Origin: Bugula neritina
Taxonomy: Eukaryota > Animalia > Bryozoa
DNA: 64,000 bases
Reading direction: 5' to 3'
NCBI GenBank assembly: GCA_964035545.1
Contig: OZ037769.1
Coordinates: 13,546,633-13,610,632, forward strand
Part shown: in pieces, positions 25,301 through 37,165 of the stretch
Numbering within the stretch: position 1 is the first letter of the stretch
Layout of the letters: each line of letters starts with the position of its first letter
Position numbers and translations under genes: made by a program
The notes under the pieces: generated by a model
Seen by the model: the letters and a program-made list of their open reading frames with translations, nothing else
The model's database searches: none
Told to the model about the DNA's origin: nothing

Positions 25301-28300
25301 AGTTTAGCTGCTACTTAAAATTCCAATTATGCCATATAATTGTTGTTTTAGGAGATAGATATTTTGGTATAAGTTCGCATATTTGCAACTATTCAAAAAA
25401 CATTTAAAAATATGTCTTCATGGAAAAGTTTGAAAAAAATAAACTTGAATACATTTTTGTGGTTTTGGTTTTCAAGTCTATTTTGCTTAAAAAAAATTTT
25501 ATTTATTTTGGGAGACCACAACTCCTAATTGTAAGGAAGAACTTTGGAGACCTCTAAAAAGGGTCTATTAGTATTTATTTCATCACCATTACTCTAATGT
25601 AAAGAGTTAAACTCTGGTGCACTAATATATTGTCTCTTAAGTTATTAGAATCTGTATATGCAAAGTTTTACTAATATAACTTAATTTCAGCGCATATATT
25701 ATAAAATTTATGATAATATTGATAATATCAATAATATCGAGACCGTTTGAGGTGATAAAAAATCAACAAAATAAATATAAATTCACTGCAACATATTTTT
25801 TGAAGCCTAAAATATTATAGATTTGTCTTACCATTTCCAATGTTGACGTCATCACCGGGTGCCGTCCAGGAGAATGTAAACAATTCAGGATTGCTTTCAG
25901 AAATGGAAACAGATTTGAAATCTTTGATCTTTTCCGGTGGCGTAGTATCAGGAACAGCAGTATAGTTAGCAACTGTGACCACACCCCCTATGTTATTAGG
26001 AATAATTGACAAGTTGTACCAAAGTAAAAGCTATTTGTAATAAAGAAAACCCCTAAATTATTGTGCACTTCAACGAAAAGTTGTCTTCTCAATGCTAACT
26101 TCTAAAATTATTACTAAAGCCTTGCAAAGCATATCTATTTTAGTTTTAAAAGTGAAGATTGAGTGCTGATTATATATTAACTATAGCAGTTATTTAGCTT
26201 TACTAAGGATTTAATTTGTTAAGCTTTACCTGAGGAAGTCCGTAAAACGTTTCCAAGAGAGTTGCATCCTACACATCGTTTCTTTCTAGCACTGGCATCT
26301 TCAGGTAAGATCCCTTCACCAGTAACATCCACCTACAGTTTATAGTTTCACCTCATGTTGAGAAATCAAGCTTTCAAACCAAAGAAATTAAAAACAGTTT
26401 TTACTCAATTACTGTATAGTCAACATATAATAACAGGTCTTGACTCAGCACACAGATTTGTTAATACAAAAAATTCAATATAATTGTTTTTTCAACCAAA
26501 CAAACTTTCTGATTATAAAAGTAAAATGATGCCAATTAGAACTTCAAACAGCTAATTTAAAATTATTTTTTAATTAGTGTTGATGAAACTGTTGGATACT
26601 AAAACATGGCTTGCAGTTAGACCGAAACCTTCCAGATAATATAATAAAGTACAAATAGCCACTTTATAACCTGTGATTCTATCATACTTACATCAATACT
26701 GTAGAACCCTCCACCAATAAACTTGTGAGCATTAAGAACTGTGGCGTATACACCATCGTTCGGAGTAGAGTCTTTGCCTACATCAAGTATTCAAAATAAT
26801 AAAACCTTATTTTCTATATAAGCATTATAGTATAAAAACTACAGCATATCAAAAAATGCTTGTCATTTCCAGTTTTATAAAAAGTAACTTTGAGTCTTAT
26901 TTTCTTGAAACAAATTATTATGATAGAAAGCATTTAATGCTAAAACTACAGTGTTGAGTTTACCCTGTAGTCCATGTACATTGCATAATGGTTAGCGCAC
27001 CTGCTTGCAAGCCAGAGGTCCCGGGTTCGAATCCCAGTGGGGGCAAAGTTTTTTTATAAAAACAAGTATTTTTTCAGCGTATTCCATAACATAACTGTTA
27101 ATTTATATATAATAAATTAGTTATATAAGTAGATTTATTATCTTAGAGCTAATTTTGAGTGAAATAAGAAAAATTGCTGGTAAATCTGTAAAAGAAATTG
27201 TTAAATTTCCTCATAAATCTGTAAAAACCGGAAGCTTACAAAAACCTATAAAAACTATATCGGTAGTCAAATTGAGAGACTGAGAAAACATAATTTGCAT
27301 GTAAATTTATTATGCTATTTTTGTAAAAAAGTTAGTGTGTGCTCTTTACATTGTTATAACAAGCTTCATGTTGGCTTTAACAGTATTACTGTGACAGGAT
27401 CTAAACACTAGTTTCATGAAAGCTGTGTTATTAATGTTTTACCAACCAATAATATATCTAATTGGAAGTTGTCACTCTTTTGTGAAAGTCTCTGCATGTA
27501 CTTCTGATATATAAAAAACAAAAATTGCTTCAAATATCAGTCAAAAAGCCAAGAAAGATATAACATGTATTAAGCTACCTGTCCCATCATCCTTGCACTG
27601 GAGCACCTCCCGTTCACCCTGGTCGTTCACAATACCCACATTGACTGTCACACCTAGAACTGGTGTCAGTTGTTGAAACACGTCCACATAAATGACCAAC
27701 TAAAATTTAATCAAGCAATTTGCCTTAAATATTCAGTTAGTTGTTGTAATGTAGACTGAACAGATATAGAGTAACTTGCCAGAATACTTTACCAGCGAAT
27801 TATATTTTCTATTTGCTATCAATTACACAGTGTATAGCTTTAATTTTTTGGGTTAATTCAATTGAAATATTTTTTATATTTAAGTTTGCAATTATGTTTT
27901 ACAAAAAAAAGATAGGATTTTAAATAATATTTGGTATTCTAAAAAATTTAAAAATATGCATCATTATATTATAATAGTATAATTTTTTGTCTCTTTTAAT
28001 TACCTCTGAGTCAGGAGTAAAATCGATTTCGGGTTCATTCATCCTGGTGTTGATTATGATTGGCTGAACGCCAGGCAAGGGTTCAGAGGTCACAGTCACG
28101 ATGATCTCCTCTGTTGATGGAGTAACAGTGTCAGTCTTGGTCAAGTTATATGACACGTCACCGACCTGGGAAATTTAATATTTTAATAGTATGCAATGTA
28201 ATAGTTTGCAACTATAGTAATTTAATAGCATCATATATTTCACAGATGAAATATATGTCATATGATTATATAAATATTACATAACTATAGCGCTATAAAA

Positions 28301-31300
28301 CTGTATTAATATATTAGTATACGACTTTGTGATTGTATATTACTAAATGATAATATGTATAGGTAATATATATAATGATAATATATCGAGCCAGAGCTGT
28401 AGGGTTTGTTATTCATATTACGCCAATTATCCTTGTCACCAAAATATTATATGTTTATACACACCACTTCTCCTGCGATGAAGGCTGTGATCAACTTTAG
28501 GGTTTCATCTTTGGTGATGGTGACCTCATTTCCACTCAGCACTGTAACTTCTACCGTGACGTCCACAGTGTAGGAGAAGACTAGAGTAGTATTCAGTCCT
28601 ATAGTGGCGTCAATGGGCACGATATCCACTATTGATATCTCATCCACAGGAATAACCAGTACGGTGTTAATCAGCTGTAAATATTTCACAAATATTATTA
28701 CTAACAAAACGATGATATACTCAAAATACGACAATTATACAAAAATCTAAAAGTTTTTAATTTTACATTTTTCACATTTCTATTTTTTTCAATTCTCATA
28801 ATTTATTTAAATTAGGCATGTTGTGTTATTTATACTCTTAGCAACGATTGTATAAGATTGAAACTTTGCAGCTTGCATAAAACAAACTATAACTTCTCAA
28901 TTAAGGTGCAATTTACAAAATAGATGTTTGCGCATGGATTCGTGAGCAAAACCCTTCCACAATTGACAAAAAAAGTTACGCGACTTTGATAGTTAATTAT
29001 AGTCAGTTATGCATTATTGATAATGCTAATGGCATTAAAATAAAATATTTTATAACGTTGAACAATAAAGTTAAGGGCAAATACAATTAGTCACTTAGAC
29101 TTTCTTCATCTGACGACTGTCAACATAATGTATGTACATGTAGCTGCCAACTCTCAACTCTTAAAATACTTTTTTTTGAAAATTATTGTAGCCTCAATAT
29201 TAAACTTAACTGACTTTCATGAATGTGGATGCAATGGTTAAACAGGAAATGGTATCAACTAAGGTATCAACTGGACTCACGATTGTCAGGAAGTTATCTT
29301 TACTGCTGCAGCTTCTCTGTACAGTCTCAGTAAAGAATCTCCTCAGCTCTTGCTGTGAATCATCATCTGTGGCAAACAGACTTTTCCCTCCAGTTGCAGT
29401 TGCAATGGTTTTAGAGACTGCATCTGCATTGTCTCTAAAGGAATACAACGTACTAGTATGTATACTTGATATATGTTAATGGCAATTACTGAAAAATGTT
29501 GTTGATTACAATGTAATTAAATTATTTGAAATGATTAACAGTCATTAACTTTTTATAAGAGCATTTTAAAGCAATTCAAGAATTTTTCTATCATTATAAA
29601 TATTTTATGCAAAGTTTATATACACATGAAATTTTTTTAAGATAGTTTTTCATTTGTAATATTTCCATAGGCGAAGTCTCACAACTTATTGTTTTCAGCA
29701 TGTACTCTGAACATGCCTTCCTGTATCATATAGTATTGATGACTCACTCTATAACATAGTATTGGTGACTCACGAAAATAACACAGTCTTGATGACTCAC
29801 CCATATAACATAGTATTGATGATTCACCCATATAGCATAGTATTGGTGACTCACCCATATAACACAGTATTGATGACTCACCCATATAACTCAGTATTGA
29901 TGACTCACCCATATAGCATAGTATCAACTGTAATACCAAGTCTAAGAATGTCAGGCAGTACTTGAGCCACATTCGGGGCAGCGTTTTCTTGTCCATCAGT
30001 TATAAGAATGATGCTGGTTTCATCTATATTAGACTCAGTGTGTCTTTCTAGCATCTACAACAGCCCCACTGAATGAGTATAGATGCTATTCTTAAAAGCT
30101 ATATTCTTTATTTTAAAATTACGTTTTTCTCCCAACAGAATAAGTCCTTAGCCCACTTAAAACCTTATTTCAGGGTTTTCACAAAGGTAGATAGAGACTT
30201 TAAAAAATATTTTTTTCAAACTGATTAGTAAATAAAGTTTTAAGAAATTAAACTAACCATCTTATACAAATTCGCAAAAGAAAATTTGAAAAGTATGAAT
30301 CTGTTTTTATATAGAACTAAAACAAACAGAATTATAAATATTGTACAGTTGGTATATAAAGCCCTCACCTGTTGGCACACCTGTAAACCTCCACCTATAG
30401 ACGTCCCTCCATCTGCTACTGTAGGCACGCGGCTGATCACTCTATCTCTGTCAGAGTCATCTTGAATTTGCGTTATATCCTGCAGCTCAGTGGCAACACT
30501 TTCAAAGGAGACGATTCCCACATATGTACCTTCAGGTAAGAAAGCTGATATGTATGTCTTCACCGCTGTAGCCATTCTACCAATTCTGTCAAAGTCCTAA
30601 AGCAAGCAAGAATCACCTGAAAATTTTCAAATCTAATGTTTTATCAAAGTATTTAGTTTTTAGTTTATTACTGTATTATTTGACATATTTTAATGATACA
30701 TTTGCTGTGTTATTATATAACTTTAATATTTTCTCTTTACAGGATTCAATTATACACATACACACACACACACACACGCACACGCACACGCACACACACG
30801 CACGCACACGCACACGCGCACACACACACGCACACGCACGCACACACGCACACGCGCACGCACGCACACAAATAAATATAACTCTATTTCAGTAAGACAG
30901 AAAAATCTATTTACGCCCATGCTTCCTGAGACGTCCAGTGCCAAGCATACAGTGCACGTAGATGCTATATCTGTAGGAGCAGTTGATGTGGTAGTTGGTG
31001 TGGTTGTAGTTGGTGTTGTGGTAGTTGGTGTTGTGGTAGTTGGTGTTGTGGTAGTTTGTGTGGTAGTAGTTGGTGTTGTGGTAGTAGTTGGTGTTGTGGT
31101 AGTTTGTGTTGTGGTAGTTTGTGTTGTGGTAGTTGGTGTTGTGGTAGTTGGTGTTGTGGTAGTTGGTGTTGTGGTAGTTGGTGTTGTGGTAGTTGGTGTT
31201 GTGGTAGTAGTTGGAACAATGGGGTTTGGGTGAACAACAATGCATTGAGGTTTTGGCACCAATGTCTGTCTGTTTTTCTTGTAATCAATCGCTACAAAAA

Positions 31301-34300
31301 TATCAAAATTATGAAATTTTAACTTGCATATAGAAAGGATCATTACATTCACAAAGTTGAAGTAGAGCATTCTATAGCTAATTTGTACTTCACTAAAATA
31401 ATCATTCTAAATAAATTATACTATATCTTGGTAGTTGGTATCTGTATGCCTGGATATAGGAAGAAGATAATTACCAAAGTCCTCCAGTTTCACCAACACC
31501 TCCCAGGCACTTCTTTCATCACAGAGTCTATTTTGCTTGTTTGGAGCATCTCTGTTGTGTGATTTGCTGTCACAAAATTCTACTACCTGCAAGTGCATAA
31601 TTATAAACAGTCTGTACACTATGTACATCCGTTGTCTTTCTATTTTTAATAATTGTCAATTATCATCAGATCATTACATTTTTAAATGTTTGTTCTTTAT
31701 CTATAATTATTACTCAAGATTTACAGGTACTGATTAAAAGTGAATTTTAGTTGAACTTATAACAACTGCTTTTATAAAATTAATTCAACTATTTTAATTA
31801 ATGTTATAAACTCTTGGATATTAAATAGAATAAAGGCGCTTAACATATATGTACTCTATTTTATTGAAAAATATGTGCATAAATTTGAGCAAATCAATTC
31901 ACACTCTTTTGACTGCAGTTTGCTCAAAATGCTGCAATTTATTGCTAAATTGCAGCATACTCTTTGATCATTCAGCACAAGTCATTTTAGAAAAATTTTT
32001 AGTTTTGGATAAATAAATAGCAATACCATGACAACCACACTGCAGGATGATTTAAAAACACTTGAATCAATTTACAGTAAAATTAGTAAATATTAGAATA
32101 CAATATCATCGCTTATAGCATTTTTAGCTTAGCAACTAGCAAACTTAATGCGGTTGGCTAATGACACTGACCTTTCTTACAAGCAAGCGGATTGGCTACC
32201 TTGGGTATCTTGAGAAAATCAAAGTTAGAGCAAAAACTCAAGCACAAAGGGCTATTATTAACATGTGGGGTTAGACTTCACAGTTGACCTAACTAACTTA
32301 ATAATCAAAATAAATTATAACGGTAGTAAATTTCCCAAATACTTGAAGAAAATAGTTCTTACAGATGCGAGATGTTCAGCATACATAAGTGAGGCAGTGG
32401 CAGACGTAATTTCCTCAATCGGTTCAAACACACAGCCAGACCCATACTCCTGCGTCTCTTCGTTATATTCCGTGCACCCAGCGTTATCTTTAGATGTGTC
32501 AATTATTTGTCCAAATATGTTCTTTACAACACATCTGTAAAATGTTTCAAACAGGTTATAATAAAGGAATTTGAATTATATATACAAAAAAACTCACTCT
32601 CCACGTGAGCACTCCTGATGGAACAGCTCTTTTAAAGGATTGCTCTATCTTAGTTTATTACAATCACATTATAATTATGAACTATAATCTAATGTGTATG
32701 CAAACAATTGTGACTTTGCAAAGGGATATGTGCTTAGAAAACAGCTTTTCAAAATTCCAATTTTGAGGGAGGTAAAATTTTCAGCCATGAAAAAGAATAG
32801 CCTAATACGTGACGTGTGAACGCCAGTAACTATGCTGCACGTGCCAACTATAGCGCTAGTATTCAAGGTTGCTGAGCGCAACATCAACCAATAACGCTCC
32901 AGCAGTTACAGTGCGCTATATAGGTCAGCTTTGGTGCGCCCGTAATATTGCACAATCTGACCTAGTTTAGATCGATCGCAGGCATTCATCCTAAAGAATG
33001 CATGGTTTTGCAATGCTTTTTTCTATGTTTACAAGCAAAATATGGCCTAATGTTATCACATACATGTTATTTAACATGTCAAAAAACTATAGATTGAGAT
33101 AATTCACATTTGCACTTCTATAAATATACAAATTACGAGCTGAAAGATCACATCTCACAGTCATATTGCTATAGTTATTCATTTGTATAGTCACGTGACC
33201 AGCAGGAATGCTGGCGCTGTTACGTCACATTTCCCAGCTCATTTCAAAATCGGTGTTTTGGCTGTTACCAATCTACACCCTCAACTTCAACTAACTTTTT
33301 CTACCTTTGGTCAAATGCTTTTTGTCAATGCATGCTTAGAAAAACACAGTATTATGTGTGTTTGACCTAAATGGCCATTTATTAGACAAGATAGAGCAAT
33401 CCTTTAAAACGGGCCAACAACTGTCATTGTCATTGGCGATGTTAGGAAGAGCATCCAGTCATAATTGCTCTTGTGCCACAAATAAATAAGTCCTTAGCAT
33501 GTTTCAACAAAAACCCCTTCCATTAAGGGTTTCCCACAGGGATAGCAACTATAAACTTGCGTGAGCTTTTTATAATTAATTAAATTCTGCCTTCAAAACA
33601 TGGTTGAATAAATTCAAACAACATCTAATTAAATTACAATTTTAATACATTGTTATAATATTTTTACTGCTTATGGTATTTTTTATGATATTGTTACAGT
33701 GTAAGCTTTAAAAGAATTACACAAACTGACATAGTGGGTCTCAGAGCTCCATCTTTCCCGTAGAACTTGGGAGAAACAGTATCAGTCGAAGGGACATCTT
33801 CATCAAACAACCCCCACTTCAAATGTGCGAACTCTCTCACCAGCCTTTTCTCTGTAGCAAAAAAAGCAATTTTAAGAATAAACTTTGTCCACTTTTGGCT
33901 TGCACTGCCAAAATGCAATGCATAGATGAATCACAAAGTTTAAAAGCAGGTTTATCTTAATAAAATTATTTTACAAAAAGTATTGCTTTTACCTATAACT
34001 AGAATGTTAGTCGTAAAATAGCATAATTAATTTGTTAGCATCATGGAGAATATGATAGAAGTTTTACAGAATCCTAACAATGACTTTTTTATAAAGGGAT
34101 GAACAACTATTGTTCATGAATGACTAAGAACTTATAAAAGCTTACATTCCTTTGTGTACCTTCTTTACAGTGTATAAGTATACATAAGTGCTTTACACTG
34201 TGTATAAATGCTTTCCATTGTGTATACTAGTGCTTTACACTATATGTACAAATAATTATAAATTAAAATTATTATTCTGTTGTTGGCATCAAATATAAAT

Positions 34301-37165
34301 TATATAAATACTAATGTTGAGCTCTATAGTTAATGAACGTTACATATATAATAATAGGTTAGTTGCAGCTATATATAGTTCAACCATTTCCTCAAATTAT
34401 ACAATACCACAACTTAGCATTTCCTATAAATTCTTTTTATGCTGTCATTACTAAAAAAATATACTACAAACATTTATTCATGACATTTCTAAAAGCTGTG
34501 GTATTTTCAAATGATATTTTCTATACTACTAGTCTAATATTTTTCTTCCACTTAATAGTAAACTGATATAAGTACTTCGTAGACTTTTCATGTGCAACCA
34601 TGCTCAGCCTACTATAATAATTGCTTTATAGTTCTAATAGAAAGTTGTAGCAGGTTAACTAATTTGAAATTTTGACACATGCTCTAAATTTACACTTGCC
34701 TGGGCGCACAGAAGCTTGGTCTGCTAAGTTTGTCAAATAATTAGGGGTGAAGTGAGTATAGTCCCCTTCTTGGCCACAGAGCCCGGGCTGCAATGTGTAA
34801 GGAATATCTCCCCAGGCTTGGTTAGGGGGTCCTATTATGATTCTTGCTCTCTCTATAGTGTGTTCTGCTGTAGCCTAAACGGTAATAGCAATGTATTGTG
34901 TGCACCAACATTAAACATTATAGAAAATTTTAGTCACTGCACCGCAACTTTATATTGTCATTTGCATAAAATACTTTATGTATAACAGTCTATTTTTTTT
35001 ATAACACTAAGCTGCATATATTATAGTTATAGTGCTTCATGCATCAAACGCCAAGATGAATTACGATTATTAAAACACTGTAATTGTTGATTCTCTGTTG
35101 AAGCAGTCAGGGGATGCTTGCTTAGTCGCTTTCAATCGTCAATATCGTATTAAAATGAATTGTTCTTGTGAATTGATGCAAACTTGTTAACTAAAATATC
35201 AACATGAATGTAGCTAGTAGGCTCTCACCTTTGGGTGAACTGAGTTAGCGTTTTAGTTGAAATAAAAAAGTTGACTGTTTTATAGGTGTGAGTGTGTGTG
35301 TGAGTGTGTGTGTGAGTGTGTGTGGGTGTCATTAAAGCTGTAGTGCTTTGAATATTTGAAGTTTATGTGTTATAGTTGTTTGTCATTGCAATTTAATAAA
35401 TAACCACAGCATGATGTCATGCTATGCACATAAATAAAGTGAAGATTTTATACAGATAAAGACATAGTTTGTAGCCCACACCTAAGAGAAGCTTGTTGAG
35501 TATGAATAAAAGATCTGCAGGTAACATCAGATAACATATAGATCAATGTAGACTTACCTGTTGCCATGAGGGTTGAGGTGTCCAACTAGCTGGGACTTTA
35601 ATGGTGATATTCTCAAAGTAATGCTGTTCATTCGTTGCACTGAACAAAAGGGTGGATGCTTCTTCGAAATATTCCTAACAAAAACATTGTTAATAAAAAG
35701 AAGTATTCTAGAATGTTCTAAATTGAATAACAGTTTGCTAAATTAGATAAACTATCAAGTATATTTATCTATCATGCTTGTCACGTTTTGTAGTTGAATA
35801 ATTGCTAAACTTTACAGTTCACAAATACACAAGTAAAATATAGTTAAAATTTTGAAACTTCAACAAATGAAGAATAATAAATAGTATCAGTGTTGCGTTT
35901 AAGTTAGAGAAATATTTATTGTCGCAGACTAAAAGTAAATAGCAATGTGAAAAGGTTATATCATAAGTTGCAAGTTACAATTGTGAGTCGCAAGTGTGTG
36001 TTTAATGAAAATGCTGGATTTTTGTATTCATCAAAAAGGTTAGGTATTGTGTAGTAGCTATATTATGATGAATGTGGAAAAAGCATCATATAGCTGGCAT
36101 AGCTGAGATGATATGTGAACAGCTATCTTGCATTAGCGAAAAGCGTTCCCAACTTATGTAAAGTCTCAACAATCAGTATACAAGTCTTTCAACCAAACAC
36201 ACTCTAAATAAAATAATTTAATAAATAATTTTAGCTACTGTAACTTTTTCGCATAAATTAAAAACAGTACCTATAGAATATTTAATACTAATTACCAATC
36301 TTGACCTATTTATACCATATATTCTTGACCTATATATAATAAAAGCAGACGTATAGACATGATTCATGTCACACCTTCAGTCTATCAATTAGCTCAAGAT
36401 CCTCGGGCACCGTATCTTCTATAGTTACGAGGATGTTGCCATAACCACCCTCAGAGCTGAGGGTTATTTCTTGTCTTGTCCCTCCAATGTTACCCCCAGA
36501 AACACAGAACACTGAGACTATAAACACTCCACTCAACCGGATCAAAAGTTCCCACAACATTTTCTGCAGAGTAACAGGCAAGTCAATTTAATAAATATAT
36601 AATAATAATTTAATAAATATACAGCAAGTAAATCTATAGTAAGTAAATGCATAGTACATAAGTAAATGTATAGTAAATGCATTATAGCAAGACGTGTATG
36701 TATAGTAGCTAGTGTAGGTTTAGGGTGAGTAAATATATAATAGTAATTAAATGTAAATAGTAATTAGTATGTAACTAAATGTATAGTAACTAAATGTATA
36801 TTAAGTCAATGCATGTATAGTAAGTAAATGAATAGTAAGTAAATGTAAATAGTAATTAGTATGTAACTAAATGTATAGTAACTAAATGTATATTAAGTCA
36901 ATGCATGTATAGTAAGTAAATGAATAGTAAGTAAATGTATAGTAAGTTAATGGATAGTAAGTAAATGTACATTGAAACAATGTATAGTAGGTTATAATTG
37001 TATATAATTATAGTAAATGTACAGTAAGTGAATGTATATATAAAATAGTAAATGTATTATTGTAAGTAACTGTATAGTAAGCAAATGTACAGTAACTGAA
37101 AAGTAAGTAAATACATATTAAGTAAATATATATTATAGTAAGTTTGTACAACTCACCTTTGCCAT
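22355..37165 (-). CDS. CLCA: Calcium-activated chloride channel regulator (CLCA) family protein: signal peptide, N-terminal metallohydrolase-like domain, Thr-rich linker, VWA, FN3-like region, TM helix and short tail
   Basis: About 22 GT-AG exons. Motifs: GGYGNILVTI (~36440), YFENITIKVPASW (~35600), PYTLQPGLCGQEGDYTHFTPNYL (~34770), REFAHLKWGLFDE (~33820), EFCD..HNRDAPNKQNRLC..SAWEVL (~31540), VWA LALDVSGSM (~30930), GGTSIGGGL, ILITDGQEN, DTTPPEKIKDF..FSWTAPGDD (~25880), YFRIAAVDAAGNVGDVSN (~24240), TM exon 22984-22876, probable last exon 22457-22355. Start at ATG 37165 (micro-exon MAK) or 36560. Confidence 0.85.
25198..25569. mobile_element. MITE (non-autonomous DNA transposon) in a CLCA intron
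   Basis: Imperfect ~60-bp TIRs: AATAGACCCTTTTCAGAGGTC..TTACAATTAGGAGTTGTG at left and CACAACTCCTAATTGTAA..GACCTCTAAAAAGGGTCTATT at right. Confidence 0.7.
29731..29924. repeat. 27-bp tandem repeat (~7 copies) spanning a CLCA exon/intron junction
   Basis: Unit AGTATTGATGACTCACCCATATAACAT; the last copy overlaps the exon end at 29909. Confidence 0.9.
30754..30870. repeat. Compound (CA)/(CACG) microsatellite
   Basis: Direct inspection. Confidence 0.9.
30985..31215 (-). repeat. Coding 15-bp repeat encoding a (P/Q)TTTT mucin-like linker in CLCA
   Basis: (GTGGTAGTTGGTGTT)n, in frame with the VWA start LALDVSGSM. Confidence 0.9.
32636..33403. mobile_element. Non-autonomous TTAA-specific DNA transposon (Kolobok-like MITE), 768 bp
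   Basis: Perfect 16-bp TIR AGGATTGCTCTATCTT / AAGATAGAGCAATCCT flanked by TTAA at 32632-32635 and 33404-33407. Confidence 0.8.
36620..37145. repeat. Degenerate AGTAAATGTATAGTA-type minisatellite in CLCA intron 1, including a ~92-bp tandem duplication
   Basis: Direct inspection; duplicated block at ~36748-36839 and ~36840-36931. Confidence 0.75.

Noticed and set aside
30907-31322. YHNTN, QHQLP, poly-Val and CCGSW ORFs
   Set aside because: Alternative frames of the Thr-rich coding repeat in CLCA.
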